Shown in pieces: positions 1 through 13,535 of a stretch of 64,000 nt of DNA. The stretch is from Octopus sinensis (taxonomy: Eukaryota), in contig NC_043006.1 in NCBI RefSeq assembly GCF_006345805.1, positions 95,232,001 through 95,296,000 on the forward strand. Reading direction: 5' to 3'. How positions within the stretch are numbered: the stretch's first letter is position 1; every line of letters begins with the position of its first letter. A program made the position numbers and the translations under genes. Below the pieces are notes generated by a model that worked only from the letters and a program-made list of their open reading frames with translations, did not search any database and was not told the DNA's origin.

Positions 1-409
1 GTTACTTTGATACCTTCAGAACTGGATTGGAAAATATTTAGATTATTAAGAAGTTTTCAACCGGATATGTAAGTAAATAATGGCTATTTGTCCAAACACG
101 GTTGATTAAAACTGAGCGAGAGTTTGGCAGTCAGGAAGTAGTCGTGAATTTATAGAATAGGGATTCGAATAATGATGTCAGTAACGGAATTAAGAATTTA
201 GTTTTATGAAACCTGCAGTAAAATTCAGAAAACAAGTGCTAGGATTATTGAGCTATATCATGGAGTACTTACTGCATATTACTAAATGTTAGTAAAAATG
301 TATGTGAAAATATACAAATTATAAATGTATAGATAAGGCTACGGTCAAAATTATTGCGAGATAGATTTACTACAATAAGGCAAGTGATAAAAATATAATT
401 ATGATAAGG

Positions 410-565
410 TAAAGATTATTTGCCAGCATAATGTGGTAGTCCCGGCTGGCATGAATGTTACTGTGGTTTTAGCCCCAGGAAGCATGGACGATGTTTCCTG
501 GGGCTAAACAACAGTAACATTCATCTCAACCGGGACTGCTACATTATGTTGGCAAATAATCTTTA
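410..565. repeat. Fold-back inverted repeat (~76-bp arms, ~5-nt loop), PLE pLTR-related
   Basis: taaagattatttgccagcataatgtggtagtcccgg...agccccaggaagcat (410-485) is the imperfect reverse complement of 491-565. The arm resembles 39797-39875 and the reverse complement of 40650-40715. Confidence 0.85.
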
Positions 566-1658
566 GTTTAAAGTAATGTTACTGTCTCTCGTTGAGAGAT
601 ATAGAAATAATAAAGTTCCTTCATAAATACGTTTTTTTTTTAAAGATTATTTTAGAATATTTGTGTATTTTTTAAATGTATACGCTATGTGTATTTAATA
701 TATAAAAAATACAAGAACATTTTTTCATTCTTTTATAGACAAATCTATATGCCATGTCCCTTTGATTATATACACACCTGACTTGTTTTCTGAGCCTACG
801 TCGAAATTGCCTTTATTTTGGTGAGATATTGATTTCGTTTAACATGTTGATTGCAATACAACAACAGAACACATATACTCTGCTATTTGTTTCCGCATTA
901 CAATTTATGATTTCGTCATACCGTTGCAGAAAACCACTCGGAAAGGCGGTGTTTCTGCTTGTATAAATAACAAAAGTGTAGATAAAGCTGCAACTAGAAT
1001 TATTGCCGTATGAATTTACTAGAATAATGATTGCAATAAAAATACTGGTATGATAGAAGGTATACGTTAATACAATTGTAATCTATTTACTCATAGAGAT
1101 GAATATCAAATTTAGTGTTTCATCTAAAATAGTATAAAATAGTGAGAAACTGAATTGTTCTGGCCATAAGTAGATTATATTTATGAACTGACGAAAAGTA
1201 ATTAAATAGAAATATATAATTAACGCTTGACTAGTACTAGTGGAAAATTACACATTCTCGAAGAGCTTATAGTAAAAGACGATCTTACAATAAAGTTAAT
1301 AAGACAGTGTAGTTATATGAAAATCAATAATAATAAATAAATACGAGACGAGTCAAGTTTTCAGGAAGAATTAAGACTTGGAATCAAGCTAGTAAATCTT
1401 ATATAATGCTTGAAATATAGCCAGCAGTGTGTTAGAAATAGTGTGCATAACATCACATTCGGTATACATAAATTAGATATTAACAGTTACTATTTTATAT
1501 CGAAAGTGTAGAAAGGTAGGTTATGGAACATAAGTTTATAAATATTCATGTCTTAATATTCAAAACAAGTAATATAATCGACAAACTTGAAACATTATGG
1601 AAGAGAGAAATATTGACTTTTTTATCGTTGAACAGAAGAAAAATCGCAAAGATAATAG

Positions 1659-1831
1659 TGATGATGATGATGATGATGAGGATGATGATGATGATGATGA
1701 TGACGACGATGATGACGACGACGACGATGATGATGATGATGATGATGATGATGGTGTGGTAGTGGTGGTGGTGGTGGTGGTGGTGGTGGTGATGATGATG
1801 GTCATGATGATCATGATGATGGTGGTGGTGG

Positions 1832-1867
<36 letters not shown>

Positions 1868-1889
1868 CGACGATGATGACGACGACGAC

Positions 1890-1920
<31 letters not shown>

Positions 1921-2300
1921 GTGTGGTAGTGGTGGTGGTGGTGGTGGTGGTGATGATGATGGTCATGATGATCATGATGATGGTGGTGGTGGTGATGATG
2001 ATGATGATGATGATGACGATGATGATGACGATGATGATGATGACGACGATGATGACGACGACGACGACGACGACGATGATGATGATGATGGTGATGGTAG
2101 TGGTGGTGGTGATGATGATGATCATGATGATCATGATGATGGTGGTGGTGGTGGTGATGATGATGATGGTGATGATGATGATGATGATGAGGGACATGAT
2201 GATGACGAGGACGAAGATAACGCTGTCAAGGACGACGTTGATGATGACGAGGGTGAGGATGTTGATGCTGGATACTCCACCAGTAGCAACGATGAGCATT
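1659..2300. repeat. Compound (GAT)n/(GAC)n/(GGT)n trinucleotide array with ~167-bp higher-order unit
   Basis: Read directly. The landmark tggtgtggtagt recurs at 1752 and 1919, with a variant near 2090. Confidence 0.9.
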
Positions 2301-2460
2301 TAGTCACTCTACATATGCCGCTACAGTGTGAGGGCAGAATAAACTTCTGATCAGTGACCCTATGGGTATCTATGACGAAGTCGAAATAAATTCCATCGTA
2401 AGTATTTGTATGTTTGGCTTTGGCTTAATTCTCATGTTTCATTTGCTTTATCTATTATTA

Positions 2461-2516
<56 letters not shown>

Positions 2517-2519
<3 letters not shown>

Positions 2520-4250
2520 GTTTGACTTTTGCTTTATAGTTGTACAAGTTGGTTCCAAATCTCACCCAGAGACATCAAGAGACAACAGGTTGGAAGTTCG
2601 TAATGCTGTTATGCCTAGTGTGCCATATATTTGGTTTTGTATTTAGTGAAGTACTAGTGAATGCCTAAAAAAAACCCAAAAAAGCGAAAATTATATTTGT
2701 TTTAAAACTTGAGGTTACAAAGAAAGTATTTTGCGTAGGATATGAGCAGTTCCCATGAGCACTATCTCTTGAATTTCTGCCATTTTGGGGTTTCCTGGTA
2801 TCTGAGTTAGGTAGCGATCAGCCCCTTTTACTATCATTCCCAGGGCACCTATGACAAAGGGTTCCACATTTTGCTGATTTCTATTTCAAGATATTTATAT
2901 TAGCTCAGTTTTTGGTAGGTCTTGACAGATACGTTTATATCGATTTGGACAGTCATATCAATGAGGAGGCTTGTTCTTTGTCTGAAGTATTTCAATATGA
3001 TGTCCGGCCTATTTGTATCTATCTTTCTGTCAGTTTGAATGGGGAAGTTCCAGAGGAGTGAGATGTGGTCATTTTCAAGCACTGGAGGTGGTTTGTGTTC
3101 CCACCAGTTTTTTTCATGAAGCAAATCCAGATTTTTGCAGATTACCCAGTAAATATATTGTGCAGCTCTATCATGCCTGTTGAGATACTCTGTAGGCGCT
3201 AGAAGACTGAACTTGGAGACAACATGATCAATGGTTTCATTTTGTTGTTGACATACACGACATGTTGGGCTATTGCCGTTCTTTAATGTGTTGGCCTGGT
3301 AGTTCCTTGTTGGTAGACGTTGATCTTGAGCTGCTATGATAAACCCTTCTGTTTCAGATTTTAAGCCAGAGGCCATTTGCCATTGATGTGTCAGGGCTTT
3401 GTCAATATCTGCATTATTCGCTTTTAACATCCAGTCCTCAGACTTTTTCAGGTAGGTGTCTAGGCCAATTGTAGCAATCTTCATTGTTATTGCCAGTTGT
3501 AAAAGTCCACGGCCTCCCTCTTTTCTTGGCAGATAAACTCGTTCTACATCTGCTTTAGGGTGGTGTATTCTATGCATTGTCAACAGTTTTCGTATTTTTC
3601 TAGGGTGTTGCAAAACATCATTGTACAGTTCTGTTAGCAGTTCATGGCTCTCTGGGAAGGCATTCAACCGGAAGTTAGGAATGTTATCCTTTCTTGGAGA
3701 CTTCCATTTGTTTGACCTCCTGAGAGCAGATCTTATATCTTCTACCTTGACACCCTCCCACTTTTGCTCTTCTAAGGAGTCCAGTTCTGTAGATATTCTA
3801 TCAATCCAGTGGGCCTTTTCGTTGTGTGTTTTTTCTTCTTTCCAAATTTTATTCCAAAATCCCTGCCCTTCTTTTGATGGTACAGACTTAACAGTAGCTA
3901 TTGTTTTTCCTATCTTCCTGTAAACATTCTTGCGGTTATTTTTGAACATGTTGTTGTCCTTGTAGAATCTAACACGCTTTTGATACCTCGTTATGCGAGC
4001 AGCTTTAGCAGATACCTTTTGCTTGATGGTTTCTATTGTGGCATCAATATCAAGTATAGTTTTCATATCAATTTTTCATTAATTTTTGGGTTTTTGGAGG
4101 TCTATAGGTCTATAAATAGATTCAGCAGATGGTGGAAAGGTCAGCCAAAGAGACAAAGGATAACTTCCCACAATTTGGGTCAGGAGAGGTCAAGCTTGTT
4201 TACTCCTGCCAGCGCTGCCTTGAAAAGCAATTCAACTTGTTATATTTGTA
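2517..4250 (-). mobile_element. R4/Dong-like RLE-type non-LTR retrotransposon, internally deleted, 3' end in (TAA)n
   Basis: ORF 2900-4066 has KSPRKDNIPNF, LYLPRKEGGRGL-like, CRVC..ETIDHVVS, RHD and PDIIL..LLIDMTV motifs. Its 3' UTR is shared with 6241-6430 and it abuts (TAT)n at 2450-2516. Confidence 0.85.
2900..4066 (-). pseudogene. RT-deleted R4/Dong-like ORF (N-terminal part, Zn knuckle and partial restriction-like endonuclease)
   Basis: The RT core is missing at a junction near 3590. There is a 228-bp in-frame deletion relative to 7163-7390, the last CCHC Cys reads Phe, and there is a premature stop at 2900. Confidence 0.8.
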
Positions 4251-4278
4251 ATTAATAGTAGAAAGAAAACAAAAAACA

Positions 4279-4327
<49 letters not shown>

Positions 4328-5517
4328 CACACATATATGTATATATATATATGTATGCACACACATATTTATCTGATATTCACGTCGATGATTTTTAAAA
4401 TTTCTGAATTCAATTGTGTTGTTGCAATAAAAGTTGTGTTTACGTATTTGGGTAATATATTAAAGTTTTTAAGTATTCTTGAGATGTTCGTTTCTCTGTC
4501 CATTTGGGAAATACAATAAGACTTTTGCTATGGGAAAAAGAATGTTTACATTTTCGAAAGCTCAGGGAGAGTCAAAAACAAAAGAAAACAAGTTATGGCT
4601 AGTAAAGTTCTAAGGCTTACTAAATATGGTCTTTTGTATGACTGCACAGGGAGAAATGGTAGCGTTCTTAGAATAAAAAGAAGGATGATATTTACATTTT
4701 CGAATACTCAGGGAGAGAGGAAAGGATACGTTGTCGCACATTAGTTGTAGATATTAAAGATTCTTTTTTTTCTTCCTGTATTTTAAGCTGACCGTTTGTG
4801 TGTTCGATAGCTGTAGGTATGTAAGTTTCCAAACTTATTTTATTTTATTATTTTATTTTTTTTTGAGAGAGGTTTAAAATATTTACCGGGAATTGTAGAT
4901 ATGCCAGTCTTTGGGAACAGTAGGAGGAAGAGCAGGTTCACCTTGTTGGGTTTTTGAATTTCTGAATTTCATTTTCTTTGAGAATTTTTCTTTTATATTT
5001 AAAAGTTTTGCTGTGGTTTACAGTTTTTGTAGTTGTGCAGTATCTATCTATCTATCTCTCTCTCTATATATATATATATTAGCAGGTGCTTACTTCCATA
5101 ATTTATTATCGTTGTGTTTTAAGTGTGTTGTTACAATAAAAGGCATTTTTACATATTCTGATAGTCAAGGAAGAAGGGACGACAACATTTTCACTCAAAA
5201 TTGGAGGTAATTATGTTTCTTAATTTTTGTTAAGTGTCCGTTTGTATGTCCAAAGCTGTAGATATGTAAGTCCCTTAACTTATTTTGAGGGAAATTCAAA
5301 TTACTCACAGAAAGCAGTAGATCTTCCAGTTTTTTACAGTTGTTTTTTCAGTTGTCCTGCTGGGTTAGCTGCTGACAGGTCAGAGCAGCGAAGAACACGT
5401 CCAGTCTCTGTCACGTCCAGCCTTCTTCTTCTTCTTCTTCTTCTTCTTCTTCTTCTTCTTCTTCTTCTTCTTCTCTTCTTCTTCTTCTTCTTCTTATTAT
5501 TATTATTATTATTATTA

Positions 5518-5587
<70 letters not shown>

Positions 5588-5614
5588 GTTATTACTATTA
5601 TTATTATTATTATT

Positions 5615-6169
5615 GAGTGAGAGAGCAGCGCATGCCATCAAAGTGACACTGGGGTAAAATATACGAAGCCCAATATACCCATCATGACTACTCGTCTGAT
5701 AAGGGTACACCAGGCACATGCATCACAACCATATGTGCGCGACATGGTGATCTCATATCAAGATAAACAGCACATGACCTTGCAGGTGGGGCCCAGTTAG
5801 AATTTTCTTCAGGTTGAGTAGCCCATCCCGCTCAAAAGGTCCCTGAATAAGGGTTGTTTAAGGATGTTGAAAGAACCACCCATGTTTCCAGAGGTGAATT
5901 ATTCAAACCCCAAAGAGTCCCTCTCAACACATGGCTATGATGCTCCCCCACTACTTCTGCTCGTGATCAGAGATGCACATATCGTCAGTCACTAAGGGAC
6001 ATGCTCAACTGGTTATGGTCAAACAACTGACAAGCAAATCTGTGGTATTGAGCAGAATATTTGCTGTAGCCCATCTTTTATCCCAAGACAAAACAATGTA
6101 CATGATAACACTTCCAATCAGTTAAGATCAGAAGCCATGAGAGCCACTGCCTGGTACTGCATCAGGGCA
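5615..6169. mobile_element. ~555-bp non-coding interspersed element inserted in (TAA)n
   Basis: Flanked on both sides by (TAT)n. A reverse-complement partial copy lies at 34649-35014. Confidence 0.75.
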
Positions 6170-6240
<71 letters not shown>

Positions 6241-6242
<2 letters not shown>

Positions 6243-7494
6243 TATGTTTGACTTTTGCTTTATGTCTGTACAAATTGGCTCCAAGTCTCACCGAGAGACC
6301 TCAAGAGACAACTGGTTGGAAGTTCACGTTGTTGTTATGCCTAGTGTGCCATATATTTGGGGTTTTTTTGCGTTGTACTAGTGAATGTCTAATTCATAAA
6401 ATAAAAAAAACAACTTTTGTTTTAAACCTTGGGATTACATAGAGAGAATTTTGCGTAGGATATGAGCAGTTCCCATGGGCACTATCTTTTGAATTTCAGC
6501 CATTTTGGGGTTTCCTGGTATCTGAGTTAGGTAGCAATCAGTCCCTTTTGCTATCATTCCCATGGCACCTATGACAACAGGTATTGTTTTAGTCTTCAGC
6601 TTCCACATTTTGCTGATTTCTATTTCAAGATCTTTATATTTGCTCAGTTTCTGGTAGGTTTTGACAGATACGTTTATATCGATTGGGACAGTCATATCAG
6701 TGAGGAGGCATATTCTTTGTCTGATGTCCTTCACTATGATGTCTGGCCTATTTGCATCTATCTTTCTGTCAGTTTGAATGGTGAAGTTCCAGAGGAGTGA
6801 GATGTGGTCATTTTCAAGCACTGGAGGTGGATTGTGTTCCCACCAGTTTTTTTTTCATGGGGCAAATCGAGGTTTTTGCAAATTACTCAGTGAATATATT
6901 GTGCAGCTCCATCATGCCTGTTGAGGTACTCTGTAGGCGCTAGAAGACTGCATTCGGAGACAACATGATCAATGGTTTCATTTTGTTGTCGGCATACACG
7001 ACATGTTGGGCTACTGCCGTTCTTTAATATGTTGGCCTGGTAGTTTCTCGTTGGTAGGCATTGATCTTGAGCTGCTAGGATAAACCCCTTTGATTCAGAT
7101 TTTAAGCCAGAGGCCATAAGCCATTGATGGGTCAGGGCTTTGTCAATATCTGCATTATTCGCTCTCTTTGGGTATTTGCCATAGAGAGGTTTTTCTTGCC
7201 ATATATTATTCAGAATATCTAAGGCCGCAGTTTTGGCACGGGTTTTCATGTGCCTAGCTTTTTCTGTGCTTGTTTCTTGTATGTCTATCTCTAATTCCGA
7301 AATTGGTTGTATTCGGAATTCACTTAGATATTCCTTTGCCTGTTTGGTTACTGAGTATGGTGCTTTCTTGTTTTCATGTTTTGAGACAAATTTTAACATC
7401 CAGTCCTCAGACTTTTTCAGGTAGGTGTCTAGGCCAATTGTAGCAATCTTCATTGTTATTGCCAGTGGTAAAAGACCACGGCCTCCCTCTTTTC

Positions 7495-7496
<2 letters not shown>
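6241..7496 (-). mobile_element. 5'-truncated R4/Dong-like LINE (CCHC knuckle, RLE, 3' UTR) flanked by (TAA)n on both sides
   Basis: ORFs 6887-7453 and 6435-6821 contain CRVCRQQNETIDHVVSEC, RHDGAA, RPDIIVKD..TDMTVP, KLSKYKDL, IPVVIGAMG and GTAHILRKILSM. Confidence 0.92.
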
Positions 7497-7563
<67 letters not shown>

Positions 7564-7600
7564 TATTATTATTATATCATTATTATTATTATTATCATTA

Positions 7601-7669
<69 letters not shown>

Positions 7670-8231
7670 TATGTTTGACATTTGCTATGCATTTGTACAA
7701 GTTGACTCGAAGTCTCACCCAGAGAACTCAAGAGACAAGTTAGAAGTTCATGTTGGTGTTATACCTAGGGTGTCATACGTCTGGTTTTTAAACATAGTAT
7801 TGTTCTAGAGAAAGGTTAAGAAAACATAAATTTATAAGTTTGTTTCAAAATTTGAGATTACATAGACAGTATTTTACGTAGGTTATGGGCAGTTCTCATG
7901 AGCACTATCTTTTGAATTTCTGCCGTTTTGGGGATTCCTTCTTTCTAAGTTAGGTAGCAAAAAGCTCCTTTTGCTATCATTCCTAGGGAAGCTATGACAA
8001 CAGGTATTGTTTTAGTCTTGAGGTTCCACATTTTGCCAATCGCTATTTTAATATATTTATATTTGCTCAGTTTTTGGTAGGTCTCGACAGACACATTTAT
8101 GTCGATTGGGACAGTCATGTCAACGAGGAGGCATGATTTTTGTGTGAAGTCTTTCAGTATAATCTCAGGCCAATTTGAATCTATCTTTCAGTCAGTTTGA
8201 ACGGTGAAATTCCAGATGAGTTAGATGTGAT
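7670..8231 (-). mobile_element. Diverged R4/Dong-like 3' fragment (second subfamily)
   Basis: Colinear with 6241-6810 at lower identity. Starts immediately after the (TAT)n tract 7497-7669. Confidence 0.85.
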
Positions 8232-8449
8232 ACGTATATATGTATATATATATATGGGGGGGGGGGGGGCGAACATGTGTAGGTATGAACAGGCGCGCTT
8301 ACGCGAATACTATGAACATTTTATCCCCTTAGTTTACTCCCTCCCCTTACTTAGCGGTCATTCGAATAGCTATTTTGTCTTAATAACGGTCAATCACACA
8401 GTAATTTCCCTTTGTATAACAGTTATTTTTCATAACATTTTTCCGATGG

Positions 8450-8632
8450 CCAGATAACCGAAGAGATGGCGGCATGGACTTTCACCTCGGCATCCGAAAC
8501 TCGGACTTATGTCATGGCTGCCGAATAATTGTCACATATTACATTTACAGATAAATTCCTTTATTTACATAACATCGAGGTCTCTTCCTTTCTTTTGTTG
8601 TCTTACCATTTTATCAATATATTTACACACAC

Positions 8633-8677
<45 letters not shown>

Positions 8678-8744
8678 ATATATATATATATGTACATATA
8701 TTTATATGTGTGTGTGTACATATATATCTATACATACATATTAT

Positions 8745-8778
<34 letters not shown>

Positions 8779-8791
8779 ATACATACATATA

Positions 8792-8835
<44 letters not shown>

Positions 8836-9126
8836 TATATATATATATATATTGAATAAAACGGTAAGATAACAAAAGAAAGAAAGAGACCTCATATTAT
8901 GTAATAGAGGAAATTTATCTATACTATGTTACATTACTCGGTAGTCAAGATAAAACTCTGAGTTTCAGATGCCGAAGTGGAAATCCACAACACCATCTCT
9001 TCGGTTATCTGGCTATTGAAAACCAAATAGCCAGATAACCGAAGATATGGTGTTTGGATTTCCACTTCGGCATCTGAAACTCAGAGTTTTATCTTGACTA
9101 CCGAGTAATGTAACATAGTATAGATA
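8450..9126. mobile_element. Three copies (+,-,+) of a PLE pLTR-like module carrying an HHR-like motif, including palindrome 8916-9017/9026-9126
   Basis: Module reads agataa-CCGAAGA-gatg...catc-t-GAAA-ctc-a-gag-TT-ttatct at 8948-9010 (-), with variants at 9033-9094 (+) and 8452-8512 (+). Embedded in (TA)n/(CA)n. A related piece lies at 37896-38052. Confidence 0.7.
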
Positions 9127-9771
9127 TATATATATATATATTATATATATAGTTTTGTCTGCCAGATTTGCTCCAAAGTGCATAGCAGGCATGGAACAGT
9201 GGAAGAAAGCACTTGCGTGAATTGCCATGCTGTGGGACTGAACCCGAAAACGTATTTTAGCAAGGGGTCTTATTAAGCCCACAACAATCTTGTTGAAATT
9301 ATTGTTCTTCTTCATGTTGCTTTCAATCTTCGCAAATGCCCGATGCTGCATCCGGAGTACACACTGCGGTTTGATTTTCTATTATTTCATCCAATAGAAA
9401 CGGTGTCCATTAGTATTATTTCGAACGTCTTGTGTAAGTTTGGATGTTTACGAATCTGTCTGCATCACATCTGTTGATATTGTTCCCAAGGCTTCTTTTA
9501 TTCGGGACATCGACTCTGTTGTCAATATCGCCATTAGATTTATTCTTATTCTTATTCTTCGCTTTGATATAATTTCTCCATTGCAGTTTGTGTTATTATA
9601 TGTCTGTCTGTTGCGATTATCACTTCTGTCAAGAAATTTCGCATTTGCTAGATTCCATTCCATAATAAAATCTGGACAATATATCTCTACCTTCATCTAT
9701 ATAAGTATTTTCATGCCGTCGATAATGGTCACGTCGCTAGTATTTATATATTTCAATACGTATAGACATTG

Positions 9772-9868
<97 letters not shown>

Positions 9869-9869
9869 C

Positions 9870-9913
<44 letters not shown>

Positions 9914-10334
9914 GTTGATAGATAGATACATATATATGTGTGTGTGTGTGTCTGCGTGTTTGGGGGGCATATATCTTTCTATCTTTCTATCTATCTATCT
10001 CTTTATATACATAGTTTGTTTTTGTTTTTTGTTTTTTCCAGTTTCAGCTCTTGAGCTGTGGCCATGCTGGGGCACCGCCATTGTGGTGAAAGAGTACAGC
10101 AGGGATCACCACTCCCTGCCGGAGCCTCGTAGAGCTTTTTTAGGTGTTTTCGCTCAATATTAGACGGATGCAATATTAGTAATAAAAAGCAATTTTATAT
10201 CAATCTTTAATGTTTTCCTAGACCACCGAATACTATGAATATAAACGTATGTATGTGTGTGCTTGTGTGTGTGTGTCTATGCCTGTGCGTGAGTGTACAC
10301 ACACACACACATGCACACACGCACACGCACACAC

Positions 10335-10505
10335 TTACATTCCTTGCTTCGTTCTGTGTTCCTTTCTGTCGAAGAGCGTAGGCTCGAAACGTAAAAGACA
10401 TTCTCACTTCTCGACCGCTAAACTAATACATCCGTTTGTTGTTTACACACCTGCCTTCGCTTATTTATTTATTTTTTGTTTGTAAATTCTAACTATAAAT
10501 ATACA
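10335..10505 (+). mobile_element. Solo PLE pLTR fragment with minimal HHR-like motif (10362-10397)
   Basis: cttt-CTGTCGA-a-gagc-gtag-gctc-GAAA-cg-TA-aaag. Same family as the repeats at 46321-46410 and 46745-46878. Confidence 0.65.
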
Positions 10506-11519
10506 CAAATTGCTGAATCATAATTTCTAGTTATATATAGATGAATTTATGTAATAACGTGATATGGAAAAAGTAGCAATTAACAACGGCTACCATTACA
10601 CTGAAACAAGTGTTGTGACTTTTAATTTATGCCTGTTAATTCCACTTCCTGTTTTACAAGTTTTTACATAAATTCTGCGTACATTTAAGGTGTTCCAATG
10701 AAAGGAGCAATCCTGCATATGATAAAGGTATATGGTAGCCAATATCCGTACATGAGCTTTGAAATGCATGTTACAAAGTTACTACGCAGTTGATATTGAC
10801 TATATATATAAAGGAAATATTAAAAAATATATATTATTAGCTCTATGATCCGGCGTTGCCGGGTCATGGTGGTAGTGCATGCATATACAGCTGCATGCGT
10901 ACGCACATACACGCGAGTAATGTCCATATCTCCGACCAATCACATACAGCTAGCTAGCATTCAATTGGCGTATCAAGTTTCTGGCATTTTGATTGTGTTT
11001 TGGATAGAAAATTCACAAAATGTCATTTTTTAATAGCTTTGCCGGGTGATTGGGGAAATGTAAAGATGGTCACGACCACCCTTGGACAGTTGTAAAAGAC
11101 CATAGAAAGTGCGAGCCCTCTAACTGAAATATTGTGGATTTGTATAAAGGACACACACACACACGCACACACAGACAGACATTTTGCCATTTATATATAA
11201 AGAGATGCGTACATAAAAGCATACATGCATACAAGCATTCATACATATATATGTATGTATTTATGTATGTATGTGTGTATGTATGTATGTATGTATGTAC
11301 ATATATTATGCAAATCAACTTCGAGTTGTTGTCACTGCAGTTGATCGAATCTAAATACAGCCTGAAATTTTATTCCTTAATCAATTGCATTCACCATGTT
11401 CAAACCAGAAACACTGGTCACAACGGAATAATAACACCAATAAATACAAAATTAATAATGGGAAAATAATAGCAAAAATAATACTAATCGACATCCTTTT
11501 TCCTTTCTCCACCTATTTC

Positions 11520-11820
11520 CTCTATCCACCTCCTTCGTCTCCTCCTCCTCCTATTATTATTTTATTTTTTTCTTCTTTCAAATTTGCTTCCATTTCTTGC
11601 CGAGTGACTTCCCGACTCCTAGGGCAAAGAAACTCATAGTATACATTGGTAGGCCATTAAACTAAACTCAATAGTTCGTTCATTTTTTTTTAAGTTAAAT
11701 TAAAATACATGGGTATTAATACTTCTCACATTGACAATGCTCTTCTGAATACATGTGATGTACCAGTTAAAACAATATTTTGCACTTTTTGCAGAGATGG
11801 TAAGCCAGGGATCATTCTCA
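11520..11820 (-). mobile_element. Short 3' fragment of an R4/Dong-like LINE next to (TAA)n
   Basis: Minus frame reads IPGLPSLQKVQNIVLTGTSHVFRRALSM*, homologous to the C-terminus of ORF 6435-6821. Confidence 0.65.
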
Positions 11821-11856
11821 TATAATAATAATAATAATAATAATAATTATTATTAA

Positions 11857-11941
<85 letters not shown>

Positions 11942-12265
11942 GCGAGGAGAACAGATTGTTGTTTGCCACAGTTGATATTCTTTCCTTTTTGTATTCATTC
12001 TTCGACCGAATGTTATTTCATTTAATAAATAACATTGTGAGTCTTCCATAGCAAACGACAGATTTTGTTGTTTGTTCTTTTTTATAAATAATTATTGTTA
12101 TTATTATTGTCAATAATGCTTTTTTTATGATTAAAATTTCATGTTTTAATATCAGTATTGTTAATGCTATTACTTACTGTTTTGCATTCAATTCTTTTTT
12201 TTGCTTTTGCACTCGATATCCTCGGCTCTTGTGTCCAATTCTTCTTCTTCTTCTTCTTCTTCTTC

Positions 12266-12301
<36 letters not shown>

Positions 12302-12390
12302 TATTATTATTATTTTATTATATTATTATTATTATATTATTATTATTATTATTAATATTATTATTATTTTATTACTATTATTAATTATTA

Positions 12391-12421
<31 letters not shown>

Positions 12422-12923
12422 GGATTATTATTATACGAAAAATATCAGCTTTATCTTGCTGGCTATGATGGAAAGCTGTCCACACCTGCAGACTAAGGTG
12501 ACGCTTGTTTTGGCCACGCTTCAGGAAACAAGCATGGGCACGGCCATGTGATTAGAAGTCTGCTTCCCATCCACATTGTTTTCGTTTCAGAATTTTACTT
12601 TAGCCTCTCGGCGACCAGAAGAGGGAGACTGAAAGAATCCAGTCTTATATAAACACACCACACACACAACACACACACACCACACACACACCACACACAC
12701 ACAACACACACACATGCTTACATAAATACATACTTACATATATACATGCAAGCATGCATTCTGCTCATCAAACTTCGGCCTGTGCGCACTATACCGATTT
12801 GGCAAGGTGTCTGAATTTAAGTACCTAATTCAATTGAATCTTAATTATATTTTCCATACATACATGCATACACACACACACACGCACACACACACACACA
12901 CACACACATACATATATATGTAG

Positions 12924-12955
<32 letters not shown>

Positions 12956-13219
12956 ATATGCATATATATGTATATGTATGTATGTTTACATCGCTGTAAC
13001 CTAGTAGTTCCAGAACAGTGAACGATAGAATAAATAATAAATTAACAGAAACAATATCTGGGTCGATGTATTCGAGTATAAAGCTTCAAAGCATTGCTCT
13101 AGTATGGCCACATTTCAGTGATCGAAGCAATTGAAAGATAAAGCATGAAAATAATCATTAACAAAGACAGACACACAAACATATACATACACATATATAT
13201 AAATACATATATATACATA

Positions 13220-13365
13220 CACGACGGGCTTCATGCAGTGTCCGCCTATCAAATCCACTCCCAAGATTTTGGTCGGCCCGAGGCTATCGTAGAAATCACT
13301 TGCCCAAAGTGCCATGCAGTGGGACTGAACCCAGAACCATGTGGTTGGTAAGAAAGCTACTCGCT
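13220..13365 (-). mobile_element. tRNA-derived SINE (family A)
   Basis: Reverse complement of 38395-38560 (ccacatggttctgggttcagtcccactgcatggcac...gggcaag). Confidence 0.8.
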
Positions 13366-13492
13366 ACAAAGCTACTCTTTTTCCTGCTTGTTATTGATAT
13401 TATTAGTGTTCTTGTTATTACTACTACTAGTACTACTACAAGCAGCAGCAGCAGCAACAGCAGTAGTAGTAGCAGCAGCAGCAGCAAGCAGC

Positions 13493-13535
<43 letters not shown>

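Noticed and set aside
830-1600. Possible very old LINE endonuclease remnant (RKGGVSACINNK-like)
   Set aside because: Only one weak motif among many stops, so it cannot be supported.
6110-6169. Faint U2 snRNA resemblance (atcagttaagatcaga, cctggtactgca)
   Set aside because: Two short mismatched motifs with the wrong spacing, and no branch-point recognition or Sm site.
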